Part shown: positions 35,250-53,200 of the stretch, piece after piece | Numbering within the stretch: position 1 is the stretch's first letter | Layout: each line of letters opens with the position of its first letter | Source: Eledone cirrhosa | Lineage: Eukaryota | DNA length: 64,000 nt | Assembly: GCA_964016885.1 (NCBI GenBank) | Contig: OZ024741.1 | Span: 413,168,001 to 413,232,000 of the forward strand | Direction: 5' to 3' | Notes under the pieces: generated by a model | Seen by the model: the letters and a program-made list of their open reading frames with translations, nothing else | What the model was told of the DNA's origin: nothing | Database searches by the model: none | Program-made: the position numbers and the translations under genes

Positions 35250-38200
35250 ACTATTATAGTTAGTATCTAGGGCACTACACTACACTATCAGTTAGTATCT
35301 AGGGCACTACACTACACTATCAGTTAGTATCTAGCGTACTACACTATACTATCACAGTTAGTATCTAGGGCACTACACTATCAGTTAGTATCTAGGGAAC
35401 TACACTACACTACACTATCAGTTAGTATCTAGGGCACTACACTACACTACACTATTACAGTTAGTATCTAGGGCACTACACTACACTACACTATCACAGT
35501 TAGCATCTAGGGCACTACACTACACTACACTATCAGTTAGTATCTAGGGCACTACACTACACTACACTATCAGAGTTAGTATCTAGGGCACTACACTACA
35601 CTATCCGTTAGTATCTAGGGCACTACACTACACTATCAGTTAGTATCTAGGGCACTACACTACACTATCAGTTAGTATCTAGGGCACTACACTACACTAC
35701 ACTGTCAGAGTTAGTATCTAGGGCACTACACTACACTATCCGTTAGTATCTAGGGCACTACACTACACTATCAGTTAGTATCTAGGGCACTACACTACAC
35801 TATCAGTTAGTATCTAGGGCACTACATTATCACTATCAGTTAGTATCTAGGGCACTACACTATCAGTTAGTATCTAGGGCACTACACTACACTACACTAT
35901 CACAGTTAGAATCTAGGGCACTACACTACACTATCAGGTAGTATCTAGGGCTCTACACTCCACTATCAGTTAGTATCTAGGGCACTACACTACACTATCA
36001 ATTAGTTTTCTAGGGCACTACACTACACTATACTATCACAGTTAGTATCTAGGGCACTACACTACACTACACTATCAGTTAGTATCTAGGGCACTACACT
36101 ACACTACACTAGACTATCACAGTTAGTATCTAGGGCACTACACTACACTATCAATTAGTATCTAGGGTACTACAGTACACTATCAGTCAGTATCTAGGGC
36201 ACTATACTATACTACACTATCAGTTAGTATCAAGGGCACTACACTACACTATCAGTTAGTATCTAGGGCACTACACTACACTATCAGTTAGTATCTAGGG
36301 CACTACACTACACTATTAGTTAGTATCTAGGGCACTACACTACCAGTTAGTATCTAGGGCACTACACTACACTATCAGTTAGTATCTAGTGCACTACACT
36401 ACACTACACTATCAGTTAGTATCTAGGGCACTATACTACACTATCACAGTTAGTATCTAGGGGACTACACTACACTATCAATTAGTATCTAGGGTACTAC
36501 ACTACACTATCAGTTAGTATTTAGCGCACTATACTACACTACACTATCAGTTAGTATCTAGGGCACTACACTACACTATCAGTTAGTATCTAGGGCACTA
36601 CACTATCAGATAGTATCTAGGGCACTACACTATTAGTTAATATCTAGGGCACTACACTACACTACACTATCAGTTAGTATCTAGGGCACTACACTACACT
36701 ATCACAGTTAGTATCTAGGGCACTACACTACACTACACTATCATAGTTAGTATCTAGGGCACTACACTACACTATCACAGTTAGTATCTAGGGCACTACA
36801 CTACACTACACTACACTACGCTATCGCAGTTAGTATCTAGGGCACTACACTACACTATCACAGTTAGTATCTAGGGCACTACACTACACTATCAGTTAGT
36901 ATCTAGGGCACTACACTACACTATCAGTTAGTATCTAGGGCACTACACTACACTATCAGTTAGTATCTAGGGCACTACACTACACTCTCAGTTAGTATCA
37001 AGGGCACTACACTACACTCTCAGTTAGCATCTAGGACGCTACACTACATTTTCACAGTTAGTATCTAGGGCACTACACTACACTACACTATCAGTTAGTA
37101 TATAGGGCACTACACCACACTACATTATCACATTTAGTATCTAGGGCACTATACTAGACTATCACAGTTAGTATCTACGGCACTACACTACGTTATAAGT
37201 CAGTATCTAGGGCACTACACTACACTATCAGTTAGTATCTAGGGCACTACACTACACTATCAGTTAGTATCTAGGGCACTACACTACACTATCAATTAGT
37301 ATCTAGGGTACTACACTACACTGCATTATCAGTTAGTATCTAGGGCACTACACTATCATAGTTAGTATCTAGTGCACTACACTACACTAAACTATCAGTT
37401 AGTATCTAGGGCACTACACTACACTATCAGTTAGTATCTAGAGCACTACACTACACTATCACAGTTAGTATCTAGAGAACTACACTACACTATCAATTAG
37501 TTTCTAGGGCACTACACTACACTACACTATCAGTTAGTATCTAGGGCACTACACTACACTATCCCAGTTAGTATCTAGGGCACTATACTACACTATACTA
37601 TCAGTTAGTATCTAGGGCACTACACTACACTATCAGTTAGTATCTAAGGCACTACACTACACTACACTATCAGTTAGTATATAGGGCACTACAGTACACT
37701 ACACTATCAGTTAGTATCTACAGCACTACACTACACTAGACTATCAGTTAGTATCTAGGGCACTATACTACACTACACTATCAGTTAGTATCTAGGGTAC
37801 TACACTACACTACACTATCACAGTTAGACTCTATGGCACTACACTACACTACACTATCACAGTTAGAATCTAGGGCACTACACTACACTATCAGTTAGTA
37901 TCTAGGGCACTACACTACACTATCAGTTAGTATCTAGGGCACCACACTACACTATCAGTTAGTATCTAGGGCACTACACTACAATATCAGTTAGTATCTA
38001 GGGAACTACACTACACTACACTATCAGAGTTAGTATCTAGGGCACTACACTACACTATCCGTTAGTATCTAGGGCACTACACTACACTATCAGTTAGTAT
38101 CTAGGGCACTACACTACAGTATCAGTTAGTATCTAGGGCACTACACTATCAGTTAGAATCTAGGGCACTACACTATCAGTTAGAATCTAGGGCACTACAC

Positions 38201-41200
38201 TACACTACACTACACTACGCTATCGCAGTTAGTATCTAGGGCACTATACTACACTATCACAGTTAGTATCTAGGGCACTACACTACACTATCAGTTAGTA
38301 TCTAGGGCACTACACTCCACTATCAGTTAGTATCTAGGGCACTACACTACACTACACTATCAGTTAGTATCTAGGGCACTACACTACACTATCACAGTTA
38401 GTATCTAGGGCACTACACTATCACAGTTAGTATCTACGGCACTACACTACGTTATAAGTCAGTATCTAGGGCACTACACTACACTATCAGGAAGTATCTA
38501 GGGCACTACACTACACTACACTATCAGTTAGTATCTAGGGCACTACACTACACTATCAGTTAGTATCTAGGGCACTAAACTACACTATCCCAGTTAGTAT
38601 CTAGGGCACTACACTATCATAGTTAGTATCTAGTGCACTACACTACACTAAACTATCAGTTAGTATCTAGGGCACTACACTACACTATCAGTTAGTATCT
38701 AGGGCACTACACTATCACAGTTAGTATCTAGTGCACTACACTACACTACACTATCAGTTAGTATCTAGGGCACTATACTACACTATCACAGTTAGTATCT
38801 AGGGCACTACACTACACTATCAGTTAGTATCTAGGGCACTACACTCCACTATCAGTTAGTATCTAGGGCACTACACTACACTACACTATCAGTTAGTATC
38901 TAGGGCACTACATTACACTATCACAGTTAGTATCTAGGGCACTACACTACACTACACTATCACAGTTAGTATCGAGGGCACTACACTACACTATCAGTTA
39001 GTATCTAGGGCACTACACTACACTACACTATCAGTTAGTATATAGGGCACTACACTACACTATGCGTAAGTATCTAGTGCACTACACTACACTACATTAT
39101 CACATTTAGTATCTAGGGCACTATTTCTAGACTATCACAGTTAGTATCTAGAGCACTACACTACACTATCAATTTGTATCTAGGGCACTACACTATCACA
39201 GTTACAATCTACGGCACTACACTACATTATAAGTCAGTATCTAGGGCACTACACTACACTATCAGGAAGTATCTAGGGCACTACACTATCAGTTAGTATC
39301 TAGGGCACTACACTACACTATCAATTAGTAACTAGGGCACTACACTACACTACAGTATCAGTGAGTGTCTAGTGCACTACACTACACTACACTATCAGTT
39401 AGTATCTAGGGCACTACACTATCAGATAGTATCTAGGGCACTACACTATTAGTTAGTATCTAGGGCACTACACTACACTACACTACACTATCAGTTAGTA
39501 TCTAGGGCACTACACTACACTATCATAGTTAGTATCTAGGGCACTACACTACACTATCAGTTAGTATCTAGGGCACTACACTACACTATCAGTTAGTATC
39601 TAGGGCACTACACTACACTATCAGTTAGTATCTAGGGCACTACACTACACTATCACAGTTAGTATCTAGGGCACTATACTATCAGTTAGTATCAAGGGCA
39701 CTACACTACACTCCCAGTTAGTATCTAGGACACTACACTACATTTTCACAGTTAGTATCTAGGGCACTACACTACACTATCAGTTAGTATATAGGGCACT
39801 ACAGTACACTACACTATCAGTTAGTATCTACAGCACTACACTACACTAGACTATCAGATAGTATCTAGGGCACTATACTACATTACACTACACTATCAGT
39901 TAGTATCTAGGGCACTACACTACACCACACTATCACAGTTAGACTCTATGGCACTACACTACACTACACTATCACAGTTAGTATCTAGGGCACTACACTA
40001 CACTACACTATCAGTTAGTATCTAGGGCACTACACTACACTATCAGTTGGTATCTAGGGCACTACACTACACTATCCGTTAGTATCTAGTGCACTACACT
40101 ATCAGTTAGAATCTAGGGCACTACACTACACCACGCTATCTCAGTTAGTATCTAGGGAACTATACTACACTATCACAGTTAGTATCTAGGGCACTACACT
40201 AGACTATCAGTTAGTATCTAGGGCACTACACTACACTACACTATCAGTTAGTATCTAGGGCACTACACTACTACACTATCACAGTTAGTATCTAGGGCAC
40301 TACACAACACTACACTATCACAGTTAGTATCTAGGGCACTACACTACACTACACTATCAGTTAGTATCTAGGGCACTACACTACACTATCAGTTAGTATC
40401 TAGGGCACTACACTACACTACACTATCACATTTAGTATCTAGGGCACTACACTACACTATCCGTTAGTATCTAGGGCACTACACTACACTATCTATTTGT
40501 ATCTAGGGCACTACACTACACTATCAGTTAGTATCTAGGGCACTACACTATACTATCAATTAGTATCTAGGGTACTACACTATCAGTGAGTATCTAGGAC
40601 ATTATACTACACTACACTCTCAGTTAGTATCTAGGGCACTACACTACACTATTAGTTAGTATCTAGGGCACCACACTACACTATCAGTTAGTATCTAGGG
40701 CACTACACTACACTACACTATCAGTTAGTATCTGGGGCACTACACTACACTATCACAGTTAGTATCTATGTCTCTATACTATCAGTTAGTATCTAGGGCA
40801 CTACACTATCAGTTAGTATCTAGGGCACTACACTACACTATCACAGTTAGTATCTAGGGCACTACGCTACACTACACTATCAGTTAGTATATAGGGCACT
40901 ACACTATCAGTTAGTATCTAAGGCAGTACACTACACTATCACAGTTAGTATCTATGTCACTACACTACACTATCAGTTAGTATCTACGGCACTACACTAC
41001 ACTAGAATATCACTTAGTATCTAGGGCACTATACTACACTACACTATACTATCACAGTTAGTATCTAGGGCACTACACTACACTATCACTATCAGTTAGT
41101 ATCTAGGGCACGACACTACACTACACTATCAGTGAGTATCTAGGGTACTACACTATATTACTCTATCACAGTTAGTATCTAGGGCACTGCACTACGCTAT

Positions 41201-44200
41201 CAGTTAGTATCTAGGGAACTACACTACACTATCAGTTAGTATCTAGGGCACTACAATACACTATCAGTTAGTATCTAGGGCACTACACTACACTATCAGT
41301 TAGTATCTAGGGCACTACACTACACTACACTATCAGTTAGTATCTAGGGCACTACACTACACTACACTATCACAGTTAGTATCTAGGGCACTACACTACA
41401 CTGCACTATCAGATAGGATCTAGGGCACTACACTACATGATCAGTTAGTATCTAGGGAACTATACTACACTATCAGTTAGTATCTAGCGCACTTCACTAT
41501 ACTATCACAGTTAGGATCTAGCTCACTATACTATCAGTTAGTATCTAGGGCACTACACTACACTACACTATCAGTTAGTATCTAGGGCACTACACTACAC
41601 TACGCTATCAGTTAGTATCTAGGGCACTACACTACACTACACTATCAGTTAGTATCTAGGGCACTATACTACAATACACTATACTATCAGTTAGTATCTA
41701 CGGCACTACACTATACTATCACAGTTAGTATCTCGGGCACTATACTATCAGTTAGTATCTAGTGAACTACACTACACTACACTATCAGTTAGTATCTAGC
41801 GCACTACACTAAACTATCAGTTAGTATCTAAGGCACTACACTATCAGATAGTATCTAGGGCACTACACTATTAGTTAGTATCTAGGGCACTACACTACAC
41901 TACACTATAAGTTAGTATCTAGGGCACTACACTACACTACACTATCATAGTTAGTATCTAGGGCACTACACTACACTACACTATCACAGTTAGTATCTAG
42001 GGCACTACACTACACTACACTACACTACGCTATCGCAGTTAGTATCTAGGGCACTATACTACACTATCACAGTTAGTATCTAGGGCACTACACTACACTA
42101 TCAGTTAGTATCTAGGGCACTACACTATCAGTTAGTATCTAGGACACTACACTCCACTATCAGTTAGTATCTAGGGCACTACACTACACTACACTATCAG
42201 TTAGTATCTAGGGCACTACACTACACTATCACAGTTAGTATCTAGGGCACTACACTACACTATCACAGTTAGTATCGAGGGCACTACACTACACTATCAG
42301 TTAGTATCTAGGGCACTACACTACACTACACTATCAGTTAGTATATAGGGCACTACACTACACTATCCGTAAGTATCTAGTGCACTACACTACACTACAT
42401 TATCACATTTAGTATCTAGGGCACTATTTCTAGACTATCACAGTTAGTATCTAGAGCACTACACTACACTATCAATTTGTATCTAGGGCACTACACTATC
42501 ACAGTTACTATCTACGGCACTACACTACGTTATAAGTCAGTATCTAGGGCACTACACTACACTATCAGGAAGTATCTAGGGCACTACACTATCAGTTAGT
42601 ATCTAGGGCACTACACTACATTATCAGTTAGTATCTAGGGCACTACACTACACTATCACAGTTAGTATCTAGAGAACTACACTACACTATCAATTAGTAT
42701 CTAGGGCACTACACTACACTACACTATCAGTTAGTGTCTAGTGCACTACACTACACTATCAGTTAGTATCTAGGGCACTACACTATCAGATAGTATCTAG
42801 GGCACTACACTATTAGTTAGTATCTAGGGCACTACACTACACTACACAATCAGTTAGTATCTAGGGCACTACACTACACTATCATAGTTAGTATCTAGGG
42901 CACTACACTACACTATCAGTTAGTATCTAGGGCACTACACTACACTATCAGTTAGTATCTAGGGCACTACACTACACTATCAGTTAGTATCTAGGGCACT
43001 ACACTACATTATCACAGTTAGTATCTAGGGCACTATACTATCAGTTAGTATCAAGGGCACTACACTACACTCCCAGTTAGTATCTAGGACACTACACTAC
43101 ATTTTCACAGTTAGTATCTAGACCACTACACTACACTATCAGTTAGTATATAGGGCACTACAGTACAATACACTATCAGTTAGTATCTACAGCACTACAC
43201 TAGACTATCAGTTAGTATCTAGGGCACTATACTACATTACACTACACTATCAGTTAGTATCTAGGGCACTACACTACACTACACTATCACAGTTAGACTC
43301 TATGGCACTACACTACACTACACTATCACAGTTAGTATCTAGGGCACTACACTACACTACACTATCAGTTAGTATCTAGGGCACTACACTACATTATCAG
43401 TTAGTATCTAGGGCACTACACTACACTATCCGTTAGTATCTAGTGCACTACACTATCAGTTAGAATCTAGGGCACTACACTACACTACACTATCCGTTAG
43501 TATCTAGGGCACTACACTACACTATCAGATAGTATCTAGGGCACTACACTACACTATCAGTTAGTATCTAGGGCACTACATTACACTACACTATCAGTTA
43601 GTATCTAGGGCACTACACTACACTACACTATCACAGTTAGACTCTATGGCACTACACTACACTACACTATCACAGTTAGTATCTAGGGCACTACACTACA
43701 CTATCAGTTAGTATCTAGGGCACTACACTACACTACACTATCACATTTAGTATCTAGGGCACTACACTACACTATCCGTTAGTATCTAGGGCACTACACT
43801 ACACTATCTATTTGTATCTAGGGCACTACACTACACTATCAGTTAGTATCTAGGGCACTACACTACACTATACTATCAATTAGTATCTAGGGTACTACAC
43901 TATCAGTGAGTATCTAGGACATTATACTACACTACACTCTCAGTTAGTATCTAGGGCACTACACTACACTATCAGTTAGTATCTAGGGCACTATACTACA
44001 CTACACTATCAGTTAGTATCTAGGGCACCACACTACACTATCAGTTAGTATCTAGGGCACTACACTACACTACACTATCAGTTAGTATCTAGGGCACTAC
44101 ACTACACTATCACAGTTAGTATCTATGTCACTATACTATCAGTTAGTATCTAGGGCACTACACTATCAGTTAGTATCTAGGGCACTACACTACACTATGA

Positions 44201-47200
44201 CAGTTAGTATCTAGGGCACTACGCTACACTACACTATCAGTTAGTATATAGGGCACTACACTACACTATCAGTTACTATCTAGGGCAGTACACTACACTA
44301 TCACAGTTAGTATCTATGTCACTACACTACACTACACTATCAGTTAGTATATAGGGCACTACACTACACTACACTATCACAGTTAGTATCTTGGGCACTA
44401 CACTACACTATCAGTTAGTATATAGGGCACTACACTACACTATCAGTTAGTATCTACAGCACTACACTACACTTCACTATCAGTTAGTATCTACGGCACT
44501 ACACTACACTAGAATATCACTCAGTATCTAGGGCACTATACTACACTACACTATACTATCACAGTTAGTATCTAGGGCACTACACTACACTATCACTATC
44601 AGTTAGTATCTAGGGCACTACACTACACTACACTATCAGTTAGTATCTAGGGTACTACACTATATTACTCTATCACAGTTAGTATCTAGGGCACTGCACT
44701 ACACTATCAGTTAGTATCTAGGGAACTACATTACACTATCAGTTAGTATCTAGGGCACTACACTACACTATCAGTTAGTATCTAGGGCACTACACTACAC
44801 TATCAGTTAGTATCTAGGGCACTACACTACACTACACTATCAGTTAGTATCTAGGGCACTACACTACACTACGCTATCAGTTAGTATCTAGGGCACTACA
44901 CTACACTACACTATCAGTTAATATCTAGGGCACTATACTACAATACACTATACTATCAGTTAGTATCTACGGCACTACACTATACTATCACAGTTAGTAT
45001 CTCGGGCACTATACTATCAGTTAGTATCTAGTGAACTACACTACACTACACTATCAGTTAGTATCTAGCGCACTACACTATACTATCACAGTTAGTATCT
45101 AGGTCACTATACTATCAGTTAGTATCTAGGGCACTACACTACACTATCAGTTAGTATCTAGGGCACTACACTACACTACACTATAAGTTAGTATCTAGGG
45201 CACTATACTACACTACACTATATTATCAGTTAGTATCTAGGGCACCACACTACACTACACTATCAGTTAGTATCTAGGGCACTATATTGCACTACACTAT
45301 ACAATCAGTTAGGTCTAGGTTACTAAACTACACTACACAATCAGCGAGTATCTAGGGCACTATACTACACTACACTACACTATCAATTAGTATCTAGGGC
45401 ACTACACTACACTATCAATTAGTATCTAGGATACTTCTCTTCACTATCAGTTAGTATCTAGGGCACTACACTACTCTATCAGTATCTAGGGCACTACACT
45501 ACACTATCAGTTAGTATCTAGGGCACTACACTACACTGCACTATCACAGTTAGTATCTAGAGCACTACACTACACTATCACTATCAGTTAGTATCTAGGG
45601 CACTACACTACACTATCAGTTAGTATCTAGGGCACTACACTACACTATCACAGTTAGTATCTAGAGAACTACACTACACTACACTATCAGTTAGTGTCTA
45701 GTGCACTACACTACACTACACTATCAGTTAGTATCTAGGGCACTATACTACACTAGCAGTTAGTATCTAGGGCACTACACTACACTATCCCAGTTAGTAA
45801 CTAGGGCACTATAGTACACTATACTATCAGTTAGTATCTAGGGCACTACACTACACTACACTATCCGTTAGTATCTAGGGCACTACACTACACTATCTAT
45901 TTGTATCTAGGGCACTACACTACACTATCAGTTAGTATCTAGGGCACTACACTACACTATACTATCAATTAGTATCTAGGGTACTACACTATCAGTGAGT
46001 ATCTAGGACATTATACTACACTACACTCTCAGTTAGTATCTAGGGCACTACACTACACTATCAGTTAGTATCTAGGGCACTACACTACACTATCAGTTAG
46101 TATCTAGGGCACTATACTACACTATCAGTTAGTATCTAGGGCACTATACTACACTACACTATCAGTTAGTATCTAGGGCACCACACTACACTATCAGTTA
46201 GTATCTAGGGCACTACACTACACTACACTATCAGTTAGTATCTAGGGCACTACACTATCAGTTAGTATCTAGGGCACAACACTACACTATCACAGTTAGT
46301 ATCTAGGGCACTACGCTACACTACACTATCAGTTAGTATATAGGGCACTACACTACACTATCAGTTACTATCTAGGGCAGTACACTACACTATCACAGTT
46401 AGTATCTATGTCACTACACTACACTACACTATCAGTTAGTATATAGGGCACTACACTACACTACACTATCACAGTTAGTATCTAGGGCACTACACTACAC
46501 TATCAGTTAGTATATAGGGCACTACACTACACTATCAGTTAGTATCTACAGCACTACACTACACTTCACTATCAGTTAGTATCTACGGCACTACACTACA
46601 CTAGAATATCACTCAGTATCTAGGGCACTATACTACACTACACTATACTATCACAGTTAGTATCTAGGGCACTACACTACACTATCACTATCAGTTAGTA
46701 TCTAGGGCACTACACTACACTACACTATCAGTTAGTATCTAGGGTACTACACTATATTACTCTATCACAGTTAGTATCTAGGGCACTGCACTACGCTATC
46801 AGTTAGTATCTAGGGAACTACATTACACTATCAGTTAGTATCTAGGGCACTACACTACACTATCAGTTAGTATCTAGGGCACTACACTACACTATCAGTT
46901 AGTATCTAGGGCACTACACTACACTTCACTATCAGTTAGTATCTAGGGCACTACACTACACTACGCTATCAGTTAGTATCTAGGGCACTACACTACACTA
47001 CACTATCAGTTAATATCTAGGGCACTATACTACAATACACTATACTATCAGTTAGTATCTACGGCACTACACTATACTATCACAGTTAGTATCTAGGTCA
47101 CTATACTATCATTTAGTATCTAGGGCACTACACTACACTATCAGTTAGTATCTAGGGCACTACACTACACTACACTATAAGTTAGTATCTAGGACACTAT

Positions 47201-50200
47201 ACTACACTACACTATATTATCAGTTAGTATCTAGGGCACCACACTACACTACACTATCAGTTAGTATCTAGGGCACTATATTGCACTACACTATACAATC
47301 AGTTAGGTCTAGGTTACTACACTACACTACACAATCAGCGAGTATCTAGGGCACTATACTACACTACACTATCAATTAGTATCTAGGGCACTACACTACA
47401 CTATCAATTAGTATCTAGGATACTTCACTTCACTATCAGTTAGTATCTAGGGCACTAGACTACTCTATCAGTATCTAGGGCACTACACTACACTATCAGT
47501 TAGTATCTAGGGCACTACACTACACTGCACTATCACAGTTAGTATCTAGAGCAATACACTACACTATCACTATCAGTTAGTATCTAGGGCACTACACTAC
47601 ACTATCAGTTAGTATCTAGGGCACTACACTACACTATCACAGTTAGTATGTAGAGAACTACACTACACTACACTATCAGTTAGTGTCTAGTGCACTACAC
47701 TACACTACACTATCAGTTAGTATCTAGGGCACTATACTACACTATCAGTTAGTATCTAGGGCACTACACTACACTATCCCAGTTAGTAACTAGGGCACTA
47801 TAGTACACTATATAATCAGTTAGTATCTAGGGCACTACACTACACTATCAGTTAGTATCTAGGGCACTATACTACACTATCAGTTAGTATCTAGGGCACT
47901 ACACTACACTATCACAGTTAGTATCTAGGGCACTATACTACACTATACTATCAGTTAGTATCTAGGGCACTACACTACACTATCAGTTAGTATCTAGGGC
48001 ACTACACTATCAGATAGTATCTAGGTCACTATACTATCAGTTAGTATCTAGGGCACTACACTACACTATCAGTTAGTATCTAGGGCACTACACTACACTA
48101 CACTATAAGTTAGTATCTAGGACACTATACTACACTACACTATATTATCAGTTAGTATCTAGGGCACCACACTACACTACACTATCAGTTAGTATCTAGG
48201 GCACTATATTGCACTACACTATTCAATCAGTTAGGTCTAGGTTACTACACTACACTACACAATCAGCGAGTATCTAGGGCACTATACTACACTACACTAC
48301 ACTATCAATTAGTATCTAGGGCACTACACTACACTATCAATTAGTATCTAGGATACTTCACTTCACTATCAGTTAGTATCTAGGGCACTAGACTACTCTA
48401 TCAGTATCTAGGGCACTACACTACACTATCAGTTAGTATCTAGGGCACTACACTACACTGCACTATCACAGTTAGTATCTAGAGCACTTCACTACACTAT
48501 CACTATCAGTTAGTATCTAGGGCACTACACTACACTATCAGTTAGTATCTAGGGCACTACACTACACTATCACAGTTAGTATGTAGAGAACTACACTACA
48601 CTACATATCAGTTAGTGTCTAGTGCACTACACTACACTACACTATCAGTTAGTATCTAGGGCACTATACTACACTATCAGTTAGTATCTAGGGCACTACA
48701 CTACACTATCCCAGTTAGTAACTAGGGCACTATAGTACACTATACTATCAGTTAGTATCTAGGGCACTACACTACACTACACTATCAGTTAGTATCTAGG
48801 GCACTATACTACACTATCAGTTAGTATCTAGGGCACTACACTACACTATCACAGTTAGTATCTAGGGCACTATACTACACTATACTATCAGTTAGTATCT
48901 AGGGCACTACACTACACTATCAGTTAGTATCTAGGGCACTACACTATCAGATAGTATCTAGGGCACTACACTATTAGTTAGTATTTAGGGCACTACACTA
49001 CACTACACTATCAGTTAGTATCTAGGGCACTACACTACACAACACTACACTATCACAGTTAGTATCTAGGGCACTACACTACAATATCAGTTAGTATCTA
49101 AGGCACTACACTACACTATCAGTTAGTATCTAGGGCACTACACTACACTATCAGTTAGTATCTAGGGCACTACACTACACTATCAGTTAGCATCTAGGGC
49201 ACTACTCTAGACTACACTATCAGTTGGTATCTAGGGCACTACACTACACTATCCGTTAGTATCTAGTGCACTACACTATCAGTTAGTATCTAGGGCACTA
49301 CACTACACTATCAGTTAGTATCTAGGGCACTACACTACACTATCAGTTAGCATCTAGGGCACTACTCTAGACTACACTATCAGTTGGTATCTAGGGCACT
49401 ACACTACACTATCCGTTAGTATCTAGTGCACTACACTATCAGTTAGTATCTAGGGAACTATACTACACTATCACAGTTAGTATCTAGGGCACTACACTAC
49501 ACTATCAGTTAGTATCTAGGGCACTACACTATCAGTTAGTATCTAGGGCACTACACTCCACTATCAGTTAGTATCTAGGGCACTACACTACACTACACTA
49601 TCAGTTAGTATCTAGGGCACTACACTACTACACTATCACAGTTAGTATCTAGGGCACTACACTACACTATCACATTTAGTATCTAGGGCACTACACTACA
49701 CTACACTATCATAGTTAGTATCTAGGGCACTACACTACACTACACTATCAGTTAGTATCTAGGGCACTACACTACACTATCAGTTAGTATCTAGGGCACT
49801 ACACTATCAAATTTATTAGCTAGGGCACTATACTAGACTATCACAGTTAGTATCTAGGGTACTACACTACACTATCAATTTGTATCTAGGGCACTACACT
49901 ATCACAGTCAGTATCTAGTGCACTACACTACACTACACTATCTGTTAAGTATCTAGGGCACTATACTACACTATCAGTTAGTATCTAGGTCACTCCACTA
50001 CACTATCCCAGTTAGTATCTAGGGCACTATATTACACTATCAGTTAGTATCTAGGACACTACACTATACTACACTATCACAGTTAGTATCTAGGGCACTA
50101 TACAACACTATCACAGTTAGTATCTAGAGCACAACACTACACTATCAATTAGTATCTAGGGCACTACACTACACTACACTATCACAGTTAGTATCTAGGG

Positions 50201-53200
50201 CACTACACTACACTACACTATCAGTTAGTATCTAGGGCACTACACTACACTCCATCAGTTAGTATCTAGGGCACTACACTACACTACACTATCACAGTTA
50301 GTATCTAGTGCACTACACTACACTCCATCAGTTAGTATCTAGGGCACTACACTACACTACACTACCACAGTTAGTATCTAGGGCACTACACTACACTATC
50401 AGTTAGTATCTAGGGCACTACACTACACGCTCAGTTAGTATCTAGGGCACTATACTACACTATCACAGTTAGTATCTAGATGACTACACTACACTATCAA
50501 TTAGTATCTAGGGTACTACACTACACTATCAGTTAGTATCTAGGGCACTATACTACACTACACTATCAGTTAGTATCTAGGGCACTACACTACACTATCA
50601 GATAATATCTAGGGCACTACACTACACTATCACAATTAGTATCTATGTCACTATACTATCAGTTAGTATCTAGGGCACTACACTACACTATCAGTTAGTA
50701 TCTAGTGCACTACACTACACTACACTATCAGTCAGTATCTAGGGCACTATACTACACTACACTATCAGTTAGTATCTAGGGCACCACACTACACTATCAG
50801 TTAGTATCTAGGGCACTACACTACACTACACTATCAGTTAGAATCTACGGCACTACACTACACTATCAGATAATATCTAGGGCACTACACTACACTATCA
50901 CAATTAGTATCTATGTTAATATACTATCAGTTAGTATCTAGGGCACTACACTACACTATCAGTTAGTATCTAGGGCACTACACTACACTATCACAGTTAG
51001 TATCTAGGGCACTACACTACACTACACTATCAGTTAGTATATAGGGCACTACACTACACTACACTATCAGTTAGTATCTAGGGCAGTACACTACACTATC
51101 ACAGTTAGTATCTATGTCACTACACTACACTACACTATCAATTAGCATATAGGGCACTACACTACACTATCAGTTAGTATCTACGGCACTACACTAGACT
51201 ATCAGTTAGTATCTAGGGCACTATACTACACTACACTATACCATCACAGTTAATATCTAGGGCACTACACTACACAATCAATTAGTATATAGGGCACTAC
51301 AATACACTATCAGTTAGTATCTACAGCACTACACTACACTATCAGTTAGTATCTATGGCACTACACTACACTAGACTATCAGTTAGTATCTAGGGCACTA
51401 TACTACACTATACTATACTATCACAATTAGTATCTAGGGCACTACACTACACTACACTACACTACACTATCACAGTTAGTATCTAGGGTACTACACTATA
51501 TTACTCTATCACAGTTAGTATCTAGCTCACTGCACTACGCTATCAGTTAGTATCTAGGGAACTACACTACACAGGGCACTACATTACACTGCACTATTGG
51601 ATAGGATCTAGGTCACTACACTACACAATCAGTTAGTATCTAGGGAACTATACTATCAGTTAGTATCTAGGTCACTACACAACACTACACTAACAGTTAG
51701 TATCTAGGGCACTACACTACACTACACTATCAGTTAGTATCTAGGGCACTATACTACAATACACTACACTATCAGTTAGTATCTACGACACTACACTATA
51801 CTATCACAGTTAGTATCTCGGGCACTATACTATCATTTAGTATCTAGTGCACTACACTACACTCCACTATCAGTTAGTATCTAGGGCACTATACTACACT
51901 ACACTACACTATCAGTTAGTATCTATCACACTACACTATACTATCACAGTTAGTATCTAGGGCACTATAGTATCAGTTAGTATCTAGGGCACTACACTAC
52001 ACTATCAGTTAATATCTAGGGCACTACACTACACTACACTATAAGTTAGTATCTAGGGCACTACACTACACTATCACAGTTAGTATCTAGAGCACTACAC
52101 TACACTATCAATTAGTATCTAGGGCACTACACTACACTACACTATCAGTTAGTGTCTAGGGCACTACACTATCACAGTTAGTATCTAGTGCACTACACTA
52201 CACTACCCTATCAGTTAGTATCTAGGGCACTATACTACACTATCAGTTAGTATCTAGGGCACTATACTACACTATCCCAGTTAGTATATAGGGCACTATA
52301 CTACACTACACTATCAGTTAGTATCTCGGGCACTACACTACACTATCAGTTAGTATCTAGGGCACTACACTATCAGATAGAATCTAGGGCACTACACTAT
52401 TAGTTAGTATCTAGGGCACTATACTACACTACACTATCAGTTAGTATCTAGGGCACTACACTACACTATCCGTTAGTATCTAGGGCACTACACCACACTA
52501 TCAGTTATTATCTACGGCACTACACTACACTATCAGTTAGTATCTAGGGCACTACACTACACTACACTATCAGTTAGTATCTAGGGCACTACACTACACT
52601 ATCCGTTAGTATCTAGTACACTACACTATCAGTTGAAATCTAGGGCACTACACTACACTACACTACGCTATCACAGTTAGTATCTAGGGCACTATACTAC
52701 ACTATCACAGTTAGTATCTAGGGCACTACACTACACTATCAGTTAGTATCTAGGGCACTACACTACACTATCCGTTAGTATCTAGTGCACTACACTATCA
52801 GTTAGTATCTAGGGAACTATACTACACTATCACAGTTAGTATCTAGGGTACTACACTACACTATCAGTTAGTATCTAGGGCATTACACTATCAGTTAGTA
52901 TCTAGGGCACTACACTCCACTATCAGTTAGTATCTAGGGCACTACACTACACTACACTATCAGTTAGTATCTAGGGCACTACACTACTACACTACCACAG
53001 TTAGTATCTAGGGCACTACACTACACTACACTATCACATTTAGTATCTAGGGCACTACACTACACTACACTATCACAGTTAGTATCTAGGGCACTACACT
53101 ACACTACACTATCAGTTAGTATCTAGGGCACTACACTACACTATCAGTTAGTATCTAGGGCACTACACTATCAAATTTATTATCTAGGGCACTATACTAG